A stretch of 64,000 nucleotides of DNA from Macrostomum hystrix (Eukaryota; Animalia; Platyhelminthes). The position numbers and the translations under genes were made by a program. Positions 1 to 13,705 of the stretch are shown in pieces. The DNA lies in assembly GCA_950097015.1 (NCBI GenBank), contig CATNEN010000001.1:20708001-20772000 (forward strand), given 5' to 3'. Under the pieces are notes generated by a model, which saw only the letters and a list, made by a program, of their open reading frames with translations, made no database searches and was not told the DNA's origin. The stretch's first letter is position 1. Every line of letters begins with the position of its first letter.

Positions 1-3000
1 TGACTCCTCCAGTTTGCGGCTGAAGTAGCGAATGCCAAACAAGCGAATCAGCCACAGACGGATTCGACGTGCGAACACAAGGTCCTTTGGCCAGCCGTGA
101 TCAATGACACGGTTGCTGACCTGCGATGTGCGATATGGGATTTTTAATGTTTATCTACAACTCAAACTCAAACCGGGGATCCGAGAATCTGGGACAACTC
201 AAAATGGGGATCTGAGGATCTGGAAGAACACAAACTGGGATCTGAGAGAACACAAACTGGGATCTGAGAGAACTCAAACTGGGATCTGAGAGAACCTAAA
301 CTGGGATATGAGAGAACCTAAATTGGGATCTGAGAGAACTCAAACTGGGATCTAAGAGAACTCAAACTGGGATCTGAGAGAACTCAAACTGGGATCTGAG
401 AGAACTCAAACTGGGATCTGAGAGAACTCAAACTGGGATCTGAGAGAACTCAAACTGGGATCTGAGAGAACTCAAACTGGGATCTGAGAGAACTCAAACT
501 GGGATCTGAGAGAACTCAAACTGGGATCTGAGAGAACTCAAACTGGGATCTGAGAGAACTCAAACTGGGATCTAAGAGAACCTAAACTGGGATATGAGAG
601 AACTCAAACTGGGATCTGAGAGAACTCAAACTGGGATCTGAGAGAACTCAAACTGGGATCTGAGAGAACTCAAACTGGGATCTGAGAGAACTCAAACTGG
701 GATCTGAGAGAACTCAAACTGGGATCTGAGAGAACTCAAACTGGGATCTGAGAGAACTCAAACTGGGATCTGAGAGAACTCAAACTGGGATCTGAGAGAA
801 CTCAAACTGGGATCTAAGGATCTGGGAGAAATTAAACAAGGATTTAAAACGCTTCGAGAAATCGACTAGGGATTTGAGGATATGAAGAACTTGAACTGGT
901 GATCTAAGCATCTGAGGATCTGGGAGAGCTTAAACTGGGACATTAAAATCTTTGAGGATTTCGTCAAATATTTTTATATCAGATGTTTTATGCGCCAGTA
1001 CATTTAACCCATACAAGCGAAACACACCCTAATCGCTAGCACTGATAAAAGTACATCTGATACCAAAGTCACGCGGAAAGTACTGGCAACGCTGGCAGAT
1101 AAGCCAATGCCAGTACAGAATGTCTGTAAACTGGAACGGACCGGTTTCTCGGAAAGGCAAGTTTCAAAGTGCAGAAAATGTACTATTGCACAGAAAAAAA
1201 CACGAAACTTAATTAAAAATTTATGAATGCACAGGTGCAACTAACAACTAAATATCGGAATTTCACATTCTCGGATTTCAACTCTGATATCTAGCATGTG
1301 CAGAATTGTTTATAGGATATGGAATATTTGAATGTAAGGATCTCTATAAAAAGGTTTAGGATCTTAGGATTCTTGATTTTGGGATCTGGGATCTAAGGAT
1401 TCTTGATTTTGGGATCTGGGATCTAAGGATTCTTGATTTTGGGATCTGGGATCAAAGAATTGTTGATTTTGGGATCTGGGATCTAAGAATTCTTGATTTT
1501 GGGATATTGGATCTAAGAATTCTTGATTTTGGGATCTGGGATCTAAGAGTTCTTGATTTTGGGATCTGAGATCTAAGAGTTCTTGATTTTGGGATCTGAG
1601 ATCTAAGAGTTCTTGATTTTGGGATCTGGGATCTAAGAGTTCTTGATTTTGGGATCTGAGATCTAAGAGTTCTTGATTTTGGGATCTGAGATCTAAGAGT
1701 TCTTGATTTTGGGATCTGAGATCTAAGAGTTCTTGATTTTGGGATCTGAGATCTAAGAGTTCTTGATTTTTGGATCTGAGATCTAAGAGTTCTTGATTTT
1801 GGGATCTGAGATCTAAGAGTTCTTGATTTTGGGATATTGGATCAAAGAATTCTTGATTTTGGGATCTGAGATCTAAGAGTTCTTGATTTTGGGATATTGG
1901 ATCAAAGAATTCTTGATTTTGGGATCTGAGATCTAAGAGTTCTTGATTTTGGGATCTGAGATCTAAGAGTTCTTGATTTTGGGATATTGGATCAAAGAAT
2001 TCTTGATTTTGGGATCTGAGATCTAAGAGTTCTTGATTTTGGGATATTGGATCAAAGAATTCTTGATTTTGGGATCTGAAATCTAAGAGTTCTTGATTTT
2101 GGGATCTGAGATCTAAGAGTTCTTGATTTTGGGATCTGAGATCTAAGAGTTCTTGATTTTGGGATCTGAGATCTAAGAGTTCTTGATTTTTGGATCTGAG
2201 ATCTAAGAGTTCTTGATTTTGGGATCTGAGATCTAAGAGTTCTTGATTTTGGGATCTGAGATCTAAGAGTTCTTGATTTTTGGATCTGGGATCTAAGAGT
2301 TCTTGATTTTGGGATCTGAGATCTAAGAGTTCTTGATTTTGGGATCTGAGATCTAAGAGTTCTTGATTTTGGGATCTGAGATCTAAGAGTTCTTGATTTT
2401 GGGATCTGGGATCTAAGAGTTCTTGATTTTGGGATCTGAGATCTAAGAGTTCTTGATTTTGGGATCTGAGATCTAAGAGTTCTTGATTTTGGGATCTGAG
2501 ATCTAAGAGTTCTTGATTTTGGGATCTGAGATCTAAGAGTTCTTGATTTTGGGATCTGGGATCTAAGAGTTCTTGATTTTTGGATCTGAGATCTAAGAGT
2601 TCTTGATTTTTGGATCTGAGATCTAAGAGTTCTTGATTTTGGGATCTGAGATCTAAGAGTTCTTGATTTTTGGATCTGGGATCTAAGAGTTCTTGATTTT
2701 GGGATCTGAGATCTAAGAGTTCTTGATTTTGGGATCTGAGATCTAAGAGTTCTTGATTTTGGGATCTGAGATCTAAGAGTTCTTGATTTTTGGATCTGAG
2801 ATCTAAGAGTTCTTGATTTTGGGATCTGAGATCTAAGAGTTCTTGATTTTTGGATCTGGGATCTAAGAGTTCTTGATTTTGGGATCTGAGATCTAAGAGT
2901 TCTTGATTTTGGGATCTGAGATCTAAGAGTTCTTGATTTTGGGATCTGAGATCTAAGAGTTCTTGATTTTTGGATCTGAGATCTAAGAGTTCTTGATTTT

Positions 3001-4575
3001 GGGATCTGAGATCTAAGAGTTCTTGATTTTGGGATCTGGGATCTAAGAGTTCTTGATTTTGGGATCTGAGATCTAAGAGTTCTTGATTTTGGGATCTGGG
3101 ATCTAAGAGTTCTTGATTTTGGGATCTGAGATCTAAGAGTTCTTGATTTTGGGATCTGAGATCTAAGAGTTCTTGATTTTGGGATCTGAGATCTAAGAGT
3201 TCTTGATTTTGGGATCTGAGATCTAAGAGTTCTTGATTTTGGGATCTGAGATCTAAGAGTTCTTGATTTTGGGATCTGAGATCTAAGAGTTCTTGATTTT
3301 GGGATCTGAGATCTAAGAGTTCTTGATTTTGGGATCTGGGATCTAAGAGTTCTTGATTTTGGGATCTGACGAATATTAGTTTTGTGATCTAGAACCTTAA
3401 CTGTAGGATTTCAGTATATCCCAACTGAAAGGGATCAAACTAACTCAGGCTTACCCAGGTTCCTCGCCTAGTGGACCAGTAGACCACTTTGGCCCGGTGA
3501 GACAGCTCAACAACGGCATCGCCGGCGGAATTTCCGGCACCAATGACCAGCACAGTTTTGCCAACAAACTGATCGGCCAGTGGATCCCGACACGTGTGCG
3601 AGTGCAGCACCTGGCCAGGGAAGCTGTCAGCACCTGGGTAGGCTGGCAGGTTCGGGATGGCGTGGTGCCCGGTGCAGACCCACACTGCATCGAATGTGTC
3701 GCATTTCTCGGCGCCGGCAGGGTCAGCAGCATCGACTGGTCGGTGTGCGACAATCCATTTGTCCGAATCGGCCATCCTGCGAGCCTGTTGAATTGATTGA
3801 TCATTGACTGAGCAATTTTTGTTAGGGGCGAAAAACTCTGCGCAATGACGATAAACTTTATGGGGCAGGCCAGTCCCTGACCTCGATTCCGCGGCGAGGC
3901 CACATTTATTTGGGGCGCAGCCGCGGAGAGAAGGCTTGGGGGCTTGTCGTGCAATTTTCAAGGCACAGTGAGAGTGTACACTGCCTGACGATGAGAAAGT
4001 CAGGGCAGATGTACACACCTGTGTGCGTGTGTGCTCAGGAGTCAGCGAATGGGCAGAATTACCTCCCCGCTGGCTGCGGGGCTAGTGTCACCAAATGATT
4101 TCATTTCCTGAAATCCGCCGGTTCTTGTTCTCGTCGTTGTTATTGTTGTTGACAAGCCTTTGTTGGCAATCGCCGTGGATTCGAACTCGAACGCGTTGAC
4201 CCACAAAGTGGGACCCACAGTACCATTATTCAACAGATCTCATCCCACCTTGACAACCTCCGTGCTAAATCTAATGTGCGCCCTCAGGTCAAATCGGTCA
4301 GCGTAGGCGCTAATGTACTCGTAGACTTTGGTGTTGTGCAAAAAATTCGACCAATCGGCTGGAGGCGGGAAATCTGAGAACGCTGACATCTCCTTGCTGG
4401 TGTTCATCATAGTGGTGCGCATCACGCAGGCTTTGCCATCGATCACCTCGGTGTACCGCCAAAGGCCGCCGAGATCTGGCGAGCGTTCGAAAGCCACTGG
4501 CTCCAGTCCGACCTCCAGGCAGCATTTGATGGCCGCTATGCCACTCACACCCGTGCCTATGATGCACACTCGCAT
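1..4575 (-). CDS. Flavin-containing monooxygenase (FMO5-like), 5' part; continues beyond left edge
   Basis: Exons 4575-4249 (MRVCIIGTGVSG FAD-binding GxGxxG; NTSKEMSAFSDFP), 3784-3455 (CTGHH, FPGQVLHSH, VIGAGNSAGD NADPH motif, STRRGTW) and 120-1 (VSNRVIDHGWPKDL), joined by phase-0 GT-AG introns. Confidence 0.95.
165..820. repeat. 22-bp minisatellite (CTCAAACTGGGATCTGAGAGAA)n in FMO intron
   Basis: Direct tandem periodicity of 22 with degenerate edges. Confidence 0.95.
1360..3370. repeat. 30-bp minisatellite (GGGATCTGAGATCTAAGAGTTCTTGATTTT)n in FMO intron
   Basis: Exact 30-bp register over about 2 kb. Confidence 0.97.
3866..4104 (+). mobile_element. SINE family A copy (truncated), FMO intron
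   Basis: Shares B-box-like CTCGATTCCGCGG, GTGTACACTGCCTGACGATGAGAAAGTCAGGGCAGATGTACAC core and CTCAGGAGTCAGCGAA block with the other copies. Confidence 0.85.
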
Positions 4576-4714
4576 GCCCTGCAATCTGAACAATTTTATC
4601 GGATTAAAACTTTTAGGAAATGAAACACTCCAAGGATGATTTACCTAAATTATTTTATTCTAAGAACTAGCGAAACTTTGAATAGAAGTCTAAAACAGAT
4701 CACCCTGTTATAAA

Positions 4715-4904
4715 TATAATAATTGCAGGAGGGCTGCGGGCAATGGCACACCATTTCATAACAGTAGACACGCAGCCAGCGAGGAGGCAATTCTGCCCAT
4801 TTCGCTGACTCCTAAGCCCACAGATACTGTAGGCAGGCACACACAGGCATGTACATCTGCCCTGACCTGAGCATCAGGCAGTGTAAGCTTTTACTGTGCC
4901 TTGG
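4715..4904 (-). mobile_element. SINE family A copy (3' half)
   Basis: Reverse complement of the family 3' domain (GCAGGAGGGCTGCGGGCAATGGCAC...GCCAGCGAGGAGGCAATTCTGCCCATTTCGCTGACTCCT). Confidence 0.85.
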
Positions 4905-7314
4905 AGGCTGACTGTCATGTCTAGCTTGACAATTGTTGATTTACAAACCATTAGCTACATACTTATTCTCTAGATTTAACAAATTAATAAATATTAAAGA
5001 TATTTACATTTTTAATTTTAGATATATAGAAAATGCCACTATGAATAAACAATTTGGTGGCAAAAAATTGTTTTGCTAAAATAAATAAGTCTGCTAAAAT
5101 TTATAACCCAACATTTTGTAACATAATAAAAATATAACCAAATAGTTTTGAATGAAAAAGTTTAACAAGTTTAAATCTATTTCATTATATAATTGCTTCT
5201 AAAAACAATTCTTCTATACAATGTCAATAGATGGTTTCTGTTTTTTTAATTTAATGAATGGGCTCATATTACATTACTAATACTATTCATTTAGCTATAT
5301 TGAGCTAAATCGATACATAAATATATACGCAAATACCTATATCAAAAACATACTGCTTGTATCTGATAGCTACATGTAAAATGTGCACACCTCTTGACAT
5401 CAATGTGGAATGAAAGGACTATAACAATGGCATATGCGAAAAATATTTTTATTTTTCTTTTGTTAAGGTTAGCTTCAAAACAAGCTTGCCTTTAAATATG
5501 ACCCATCGTAAAAACAGAAAAAGCTTAACGTAACTTTTGAGTTTTTCAATGGTTCATATTCATAAGAAGAATTCACGTTGAAATTCAAGTCACCAAGTCT
5601 TTTTGGAAATTACAGTAGGAAACCGCAGGCGTTTCAGGTGAACATGAAAAAAAAATTCTCAAATCTCTGAAAGAATCCACAGTTTTCATTCATTTTAACA
5701 TTTTCATTAGCTAAGGAATCAAATTTAACTGACTAGGCAGGTCGCAGTATCGCATTCGCATCTGTTTCATTTCTCGGAAAAACTTACTTTTAAATGCGAT
5801 ACCAAAACCCTCGTGACGTACATACGTTTCGGACATGCATGCTGACAATCGATAAAGAGATAGGAAAGGCAAAACAAAAAAACTTTCATTTTAATCCTTT
5901 CACATATTCATACAAAACAAAAAAGATAATAATGGCAGAGAAGATTGATTTAAAGGCACTTGTTTTCATTAAATTTATTTAGTTATTGCATAACCCAGTG
6001 TACTTGAGAGCTCCCACTCCACTAAACTTAATTTCCTCTCTAGCCTTTTAATGTGCAGAGGCATCGTTTACCCACGCCCCTCTGCTTTATCTAAGGTGAA
6101 GATTGTCAATTATGTGTGATGAAGTAACGGATATTCGATTGGTCCGCTTTGGTGAAATAGTGTAGCAACTGAACTCAATTGGACTTGGGTCTCCTCGAAA
6201 CCGAAAACCTAACGCTAGTTTCCTAAACGAATGCTAGTTAAGTTAACGTAGTGAAATTGATAATTATATTAGAATTGATACTAGTCACAAAACAAGTGAT
6301 AATCGAATCCTAGTTCTTAATTGTGTTTAACTATTGCTCAAGCCATGCAGCTCTTAACTTTAAATCAGAGAGTTAATTGCTTCCGACGTCCGTGCCAAAC
6401 AAAAAAAATTAATTTTACTTCTCTGAATAATCACTTTCAAATTACCATAATTTTTTATCGGGTACACTCAAAATTAACAAACTACGCCACACATTTTTTG
6501 TCGGTTTGAGATCTGGAGCTCGCATTCTGAGCACGATTGCATTGACTAGAAGCAATCGGTCTTCCTTGTTGGTACAGTACTCAGATAATAAAGAACTTTT
6601 CATTCATCAGGACCATATTTTAGGTACTTCTTACTTCATCAAAGTTTCTTACACCCTTAGCCTGCTAGCCCTGAAATACAATATTATGTCTATGCGACTG
6701 GATGTGTAGAAGATCAGGAGCCCTATATTTGATTCATTTCCTATTTTTTCTTTTGATGAGAAGGACAAACGGACTACTGAATAGTCGATTGGAGAACCGT
6801 GGCTTAAAACAGGGTGGCACAAAAAATACTGAAGTGTTGTTGCAACTCACATTTTTGGCTGTTTGCTATTTGGATCAAATTGACCAAAGCTATACTATGA
6901 CCTTGAGATATCACCTAAAATAATCTGAGAGAATGTGATTAGCGCCGCAAAAACTGACTGCTGCTCTTATCTCTACCAGTGCAGTTGCACAACTTTTAAC
7001 TTTTTTTAGCTTTTATAGAGCTCCACGATTTCATAGATTGCGATTCAATAATCCCAATCGTAAAATAAGTAACGGGTGCAAACAAATCCCATAGCCCATA
7101 GCTGAATTGCGCCAGTGCTGCATGCCTATTCATCTTTCACCATCAGACTGTGGGCGACCTTTATTTGACTCCAAATAAGATAAACAGCCGACGTTGAATT
7201 TGATCTCGATGTCTTAAATTGATAGTTGGTGACATTTTTGTATAGTTTTCATTGCATAGGAAAATATTAAATGCAACTAAAACAATAGAATGCGTACTGC
7301 ACTGATTCTACTTG

Positions 7315-7960
7315 TCCTTCTTCTCCTTTCCCCAATCTTCTTCTTCTTCTCCTTCTCCACCTCTTCTCCCATTCTTCTCCACCTCTTCTCCCATTCTTCT
7401 CCACCTCTTCTCCCCTTCTTCTCCACCTCTTCTCCCATTCTTCTCCACCTCTTCTCCCATTCTTCTCCACCTCTTCTCCCATTCTTCTCCACCTCTTCTC
7501 CCCTTCTTCTCCACCTCTTCTCCCATTCTTCTCCACCTCTTCTCCCATTCTTCTCCACCTCTTCTCCCATTCTTCTCCACCTCTTCTCCCATTCTTCTCC
7601 ACCTCTTCTCCCCTTCTTCTCCACCTCTTCTCCCATTCTTCTCCACCTCTTCTCCCCTTCTTCTCCACCTCTTCTCCCATTCTTCTCCACCTCTTCTCCC
7701 ATTCTTCTCCACCTCTTCTCCCATTCTTCTCCACCTCTTCTCCCATTCTTCTCCGCCTCTTCTCCCCTTCTTCTCCCCTTCTTCTCCCCTTCTTCTCCCC
7801 TTCTTCTCCCCTTCTTCTCCTCTTTTTCTCCCCTTCTTCTCCCCTTCTTCTCCCCTTCTTCTTCCCTTCTTCTCCCTCTTCTCCCCTTCTTCTCCTCTTC
7901 TTCTCCCCTTCTTCTCCCCTTCTTCTCCCTCTTCTCCCCTTCTTCTCGCCTTCTTCTTCC
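7315..7960. repeat. CT-rich 22-bp (2x11) minisatellite (ACCTCTTCTCCCATTCTTCTCC)n
   Basis: Tandem periodicity; polypyrimidine on the + strand. Confidence 0.92.
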
Positions 7961-8216
7961 GTCCTTCAGTTGCACTCAAACCCCGGCCGCCTAGACGAGG
8001 GGTGGGTGCATCGCCCGCCGGCGCGCTAAGCCGGGGGTGTTTTGACTCACGCCACGCTCTCGCACCTCCCCACGCTCCATGCGCTCGTATATAAAGAACT
8101 TTTGATAATAAATTTGGGTATGCATATTTCTCGCCGCATTTCATTTTGCGAGACGCTAAACCCCTCTTTTTTTACCTTTTTTCATTTTTTAATCCTTCCT
8201 CTTTTCCTCTCTTCCA

Positions 8217-8615
8217 GGGGATTTGAGTGGCAGAGCGGTCTAACGCGTTTTCCTCTCTCACCAAGGTCCCGAAGTTCGATTCCGCGGTGAGGCCACATTT
8301 ATTTGGGGCGCAGCCGCGGAGAGAAGGCTCGGGAGCTTGTCGGGCAATTTACGCCCTTGAGGGCCAGCCTCCTCACAGTGAGGCACAGTGAGACTGTACA
8401 CTGCCTGCCGATGAGAAAGTCAGGGCAGATGTACACACCTGTGTGAGTGTGTTGTGTGCCTGTGTACGGTATCTGTGTGCGTGTGTACTCAGGAGTCAGC
8501 GAAATGGGTAGAGTTGCCTCCTCGCTGGCTGCGGGTTTAGTGTCACCGAATTATGTGCCATTGCCCGTAGCCCTTCGGCAATTATTATTATTATTATTAT
8601 TATTATTTTATTATT
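8217..8615 (+). mobile_element. SINE family A, near full-length tRNA-derived SINE
   Basis: Pol III A box TGGCAGAGCGG (~8228), B box GTTCGATTCC (~8275), conserved body and (ATT)n tail. Confidence 0.9.
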
Positions 8616-9512
8616 AGATTAACCCTCTTCTTCCTTATCTTATCCCATTCCAATTTCCTATTGTTCTTCCCCCACTTGTCTTCTATTTCTTCAAGGCAAA
8701 GTAGGTGATAATGCAGAGCTGCCTCGGACAACCCTGGGAACTGAAACAGCCGCTCTCGCACCTCAAATCCCGCGGGTCACGTGGCCCATTTGATTTCGCA
8801 GGTAGCTGCGCCGTGTATCGTATTGCAGCTCAATTAGCCTCCCAACCCCAACCAACCTATTCTAGAACAGTCCGCAGTGCAATTATAAACTCGAGAACTT
8901 AAGCCGCCCAAAGCTGTCTGTCTGGCTCAACGCGAGCGAGTCATGTCAGCAGATTCTTTTCACCCTAGAAAATTCACTGCAGACCATTAATTATTGATTA
9001 AATTCCTTTTCTGCATAAAGTGCTCAGCCTGCTCGTGGGAAAGTCTGCACGCTTTTAATCACCCGCGCATAAACCTGTAAGCCTTCGAAAATTTGCTTCT
9101 CCTAATTCCCTTGCCTACGTTGAGATGGACATTTCTCACCTGCAAGTTTGAAGCCATAAGTTGATGCAGTTCATTTCTCAACTCTTTTTAGGGTGCAACT
9201 GTAAGTCTTGATTTTGTTGAAAGCATGAATTTTACGAGTTAAAATAAACTGAAATTCTATTTGACACGCAGTTATTTTCATTTGATTTATGACGCTTGTC
9301 TAGACTCATTCGGAGTATAAAAAACTTTATTAAAGTCCTGGAGCGTCATGTCAGTGTTCATTTTTAGTTGCAATCGGTAGTGAAGCTACAACAATTTTAT
9401 TTTTGAATTAAATTTGCTTTGAAGCCTTTGCAGACTTGGTTAAAGGGTAGAGCTAACAATAAGGCCTGCTGATCAACACCTGTTTGTAGGAGGTCAGAAA
9501 CACCAAGATTTT

Positions 9513-10600
9513 TAGTAGGACACTCTGTACTTTTTTATAACACCCCGTCTTTGAGTAGCACACACTGTCTTTGAGTAGGACACACTGTCTTTGAGTAGGA
9601 CACACTGTCTTTGAGTAGCACACACTGTCTTTGAGTAGGACACACTGTCTTTGAGTAGGACACATTGTCTTTGAGTAGGACACACTGTCTTTGAGTAGCA
9701 CACACTGTCTTTGAGTAGGACACACTGTCTTTGAGTAGGACACATTGTCTTTGAGTAGGACACATTGTCTTTGAGTAGGACACATTGTCTTTGAGTAGGA
9801 CACACTGTCTTTGAGTAGGACACACTGTCTTTGAGTAGGACACACTGTCTTTGAGTAGCACACATTGTCTTTGAGTAGGACACACTGTCTTTGAGTAGGA
9901 CACATTGTCTTTGAGTAGGACACATTGTCTTTGAGTAGGACACATTGTCTTTGAGTAGGACACACTGTCTTTGAGTAGGACACACTGTCTTTGAGTAGGA
10001 CACATTGTCTTTGAGTAGGACACATTGTCTTTGAGTAGGACACACTGTCTTTGAGTAGGACACACTGTCTTTGAGTAGGACACATTGTCTTTGAGTAGGA
10101 CACACTGTCTTTGAGTAGCACACATTGTCTTTGAGTAGGACACACTGTCTTTGAGTAGGACACACTGTCTTTGAGTAGGACACATTGTCTTTGAGTAGGA
10201 CACATTGTCTTTGAGTAGGACACATTGTCTTTGAGTAGGACACATTGTCTTTGAGTAGGACACGCTGTCTTTGAGTAGGACACACTGTCTTTGAGTAGCA
10301 CACACTGTCTTTGAGTAGGACACATTGTCTTTGAGTAGGACACATTGTCTTTGAGTAGGACACATTGTCTTTGAGTAGGACACACTGTCTTTGAGTAGCA
10401 CACATTGTCTTTGAGTAGGACACACTGTCTTTGAGTAGGACACATTGTCTTTGAGTAGGACACATTGTTTTTGAGTAGGACACATTGTCTTTGAGTAGGA
10501 CACACTGTCTTTGAGTAGCACACACTGTCTTTGAGTAGCACACACTGTCTTTGAGTAGGACACATTGTCTTTGAGTAGCACACATTGTCTTTGAGTAGAA
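9513..10600. repeat. 20-bp minisatellite (TTGAGTAGGACACACTGTCT)n
   Basis: Exact 20-bp register. Confidence 0.97.
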
Positions 10601-11099
10601 CATGCTGTATTTGAGTTGGCACGAAAGTTAGCTTTGAAAAAGACACCCAAATGTGAAAAATTATTTTCAATAGCTAAATATGCTATTACTTTAAGCAGTT
10701 TATCATTGTCACGCGAAAAGCATAAGCTAAACCCAGCACTTAAGAATCAAATTTCTCATATCGAAATTCTGTGTGGTTTTCAATGTACTTAAAAAAGATT
10801 AGATTTCTATGCCAGTAGTTCAGCATCGTTTTACTTTGCAGTCTACCTCATTGCATGAACTCATAATCATGAGAAATATCCAGCTGGGGTCTGAGTACAA
10901 AAAACCCGACTGGCACAACAAACTGATTCTAACAGACATATACAGACATGACATATAACAGGCAAAGTATCGGTCTGAAGGAACATCGTACAGAACTGAT
11001 CAGAACGACAATAAATAAAACAATAAGCCTTCATTTACTTTGAGTTCCGGTTTTATATTCTTCATTCTTCACTCCCTGTTCCTATTCAACATAAACACT

Positions 11100-12770
11100 A
11101 ACCATCTCCCTCTCTATATAACCTCCCTCTCTCCCATCTCCATCTCTCCCATCTCCCTCTCTCCCATCTCCATCTCTCCCATCTCCCTCTCTTCTATCTC
11201 CCTCTCTCCCATCTCCTCCCTCTCATCTCCCTTTCTCCCAACTCCTCTCTCCCATCTCCATCTCTCCCATCTCCCTCTCTTCTATCTCCCTCTCTCCCAT
11301 CTCCCTCTCTCCCATCTCCCTCTCTCCCATCTCCCTCTCTTCTATCTCCCTCTCTCCCATCTCCCTCTCTCCCATCTCCCTCTCTCCCATCTCCTCCCTC
11401 TCATCTCCCTTTCTCCCAACTCCTCTCTCCCATCTCCCTCTCTCCCATCTCCCTCTCTCCCATCTCCCTCTCTCCCATCTCCCTCTCTCCCATCTCCCTC
11501 TCTCCCATCTCCCTCTCTCCCATCACCCTCTCTCACATCTCCCTCTCTCACATCTCCATCTCACCCATCTCCTCCCTCTCATCTCCCTTTCTCCCAACTC
11601 CTCTCTCCCATCTCCATCTCTCCCATCTCCCTCTCTTCTATCTCCCTCTCTCCCATCTCCCTCTCTCCCATCTCCCTCTCTCTCATCTCCCTCTCTCCCA
11701 TCTTCCTCTCTCCCATCTCCCTCTCACCCATCACCCTCTCTCACATCTCCCTCTCTCACATCTCCATCTCACCCATCTCCTCCCTCTCATCTCCCTTTCT
11801 CCCAACTCCTCTCTCCCATCTCCATCTCTCCCATCTCCCTCTCTTCTATCTCCCTCTCTCCCATCTCCCTCTCTCCCATCTCCCTCTCTCCCATCTCCCT
11901 CTCTTCTATCTCCCTCTCTCCCATCTCCCTCTCTCCCATCTCCCTCTCTCCCATCTCCTCCCTCTCATCTCCCTTTCTCCCAACTCCTCTCTCCCATCTC
12001 CCTCTCTCCCATCTCCCTCTCTTCTATCTCCCTTTCTCCCATCTCCCTCTCTTCTATCTCCCTTTCTCCCATCTCCCTCTCTCCTATCTCCCTTTCTCCC
12101 AACTCCTCTCTCCCATCTCCCTCTCTCCCATCTCCCTCTCTCCCATCTCCCTCTCTCCCATCTCCCTCTCTCTCATCTCCCTCTCTCCCATCTCCCTCTC
12201 TCCCATCTCCCTCTCTCCCATCTCCCTCTCTCCCATCTCCCCCTCTCCCATCTCCCTCTCTCTCATCTCCCTCTCTCCCATCTCCCTCTCTCCCATCTCC
12301 CTCTCTCCTATCTCCCTTTCTCCCAACTCCTCTCTCCCATCTCCCTCTCTCCCATCTCCCTCTCTCCCATCTCCCTCTCTCCCATCTCCCTCTCTCTCAT
12401 CTCCCTCTCTCCCATCTCCCTCTCTCCCATCTCCCTCTCTCCCATCTCCCTCTCTCCCATCTCCCCCTCTCCCATCTCCCTCTCTCTCATCTCCCTCTCT
12501 CCCATCTCCCTCTCTCCCATCTCCCTCTCTCCCATCTCCCTCTCTCCCATCTCCCTCTCTCCCATCTTCCTCTCTCCCATCTCCCTCTCTCCCATCTCCC
12601 TCTCTCCCATCTTCCTCTCTCCCATCTCCCTCTCACCCATCACCCTCTCTCACATCTCCCTCTCTCACATCTCCATCTCACCCATCTCCTCCCTCTCATC
12701 TCCCTTTCCTATCTCTCTTTCTCCCATCTCCTCTCTCCCATCTCCCTCTCTCCTCTCTCCCTTTCTCTCC
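11100..12770. repeat. CT-rich ~15-bp minisatellite (CTCCCTCTCTCCCAT)n
   Basis: Tandem periodicity with internal block duplications. Confidence 0.93.
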
Positions 12771-13169
12771 TAGTCTTGCATCGCCTGGACTCCCATCTCC
12801 CATTCTCCCATCTCAGTCTCTTGGATGAGAATACGGATGAGGCACGGAGGAAGCAATTAGCAGCCGTTCCATTTACTTCCCGGAAGTTTCCAGTGCAGTG
12901 TGAGCATACACAAAAGGCAAGCAGATGTAATTTAGGGCGACCAAATAAACATCAGGTCAATTGTTGATTCTGCACTTTTGCGGGCAAGCAAACAGGCTCT
13001 GTCATCATTTTGTTGGGCAAGCAATAACAATGAACTGCTGTGCACTGCTTCAGACAGGGCGTAGCAACTGCTGCAATAATTGCAGTTTAGCACTCGTAAC
13101 AGAAGAAAGAACTGCCATTATTAGTGATCTAAAAATTCATATCGAATTTGTCTATTCTTGACTGTGACG

Positions 13170-13705
13170 CGATCAGATGGTCATTCAATATCCACGGAGA
13201 TATTATCAGATGGTCATTCAATATCCACGGAGATATTATCAGATGGTCATTCAATATCCACGGAGATTTGATCAGATGGTCATTCAATATCCACGGAGAT
13301 ATTATCAGATGGTCATTCAATATCCACGGAGATATTATCAGATGGTCATTCAATATCCACGGAGATTTGATCAGATGGTCATTCAATATCCACGGAGATA
13401 TTATCAGATGGTCATTCAATATCCACGGAGATTTGATCAGATGGTCATTCAATATCCACGGAGATTTGATCAGATGGTCATTCAATATCTACGGAGATTT
13501 GATCAGATGGTCATTCAATATCTACGGAGATTTGATCAGATGGTCATTCAATATCCACGGAGATATTATCAGATGGTCATTCAATATCCACGGAGATTTG
13601 ATCAGATGGTCATTCAATATCTACGGAGATATGATCAGATGGTCATTCAATATATACGGAGATATGATCAGATGGTAATTCAATATCCACGGAGATTTGA
13701 TCAGT
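13170..13705. repeat. 33-bp minisatellite (ATCAGATGGTCATTCAATATCCACGGAGATATT)n
   Basis: About 16 tandem units. Confidence 0.95.

Noticed and set aside
3975-4016. Hammerhead ribozyme in the SINE core (CTGACGA...GAAA...GTC in order)
   Set aside because: Only 3 nt lie between CUGANGA and GAAA and there is no stem III; a plain hairpin explains the sequence.
7975-8100. GC-rich segment with TATATAAAG as a Pol II promoter
   Set aside because: No downstream exon could be linked to it; the motif alone is insufficient.
8222-8295. tRNA gene
   Set aside because: A and B boxes are present but there is no convincing cloverleaf, and it continues into the repeated SINE body.
13170-13705. 33-bp (and 30-, 46-bp) arrays as CRISPR-like arrays
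   Set aside because: Units are head-to-tail with no unique spacers, there are no cas genes, and the context is eukaryotic.
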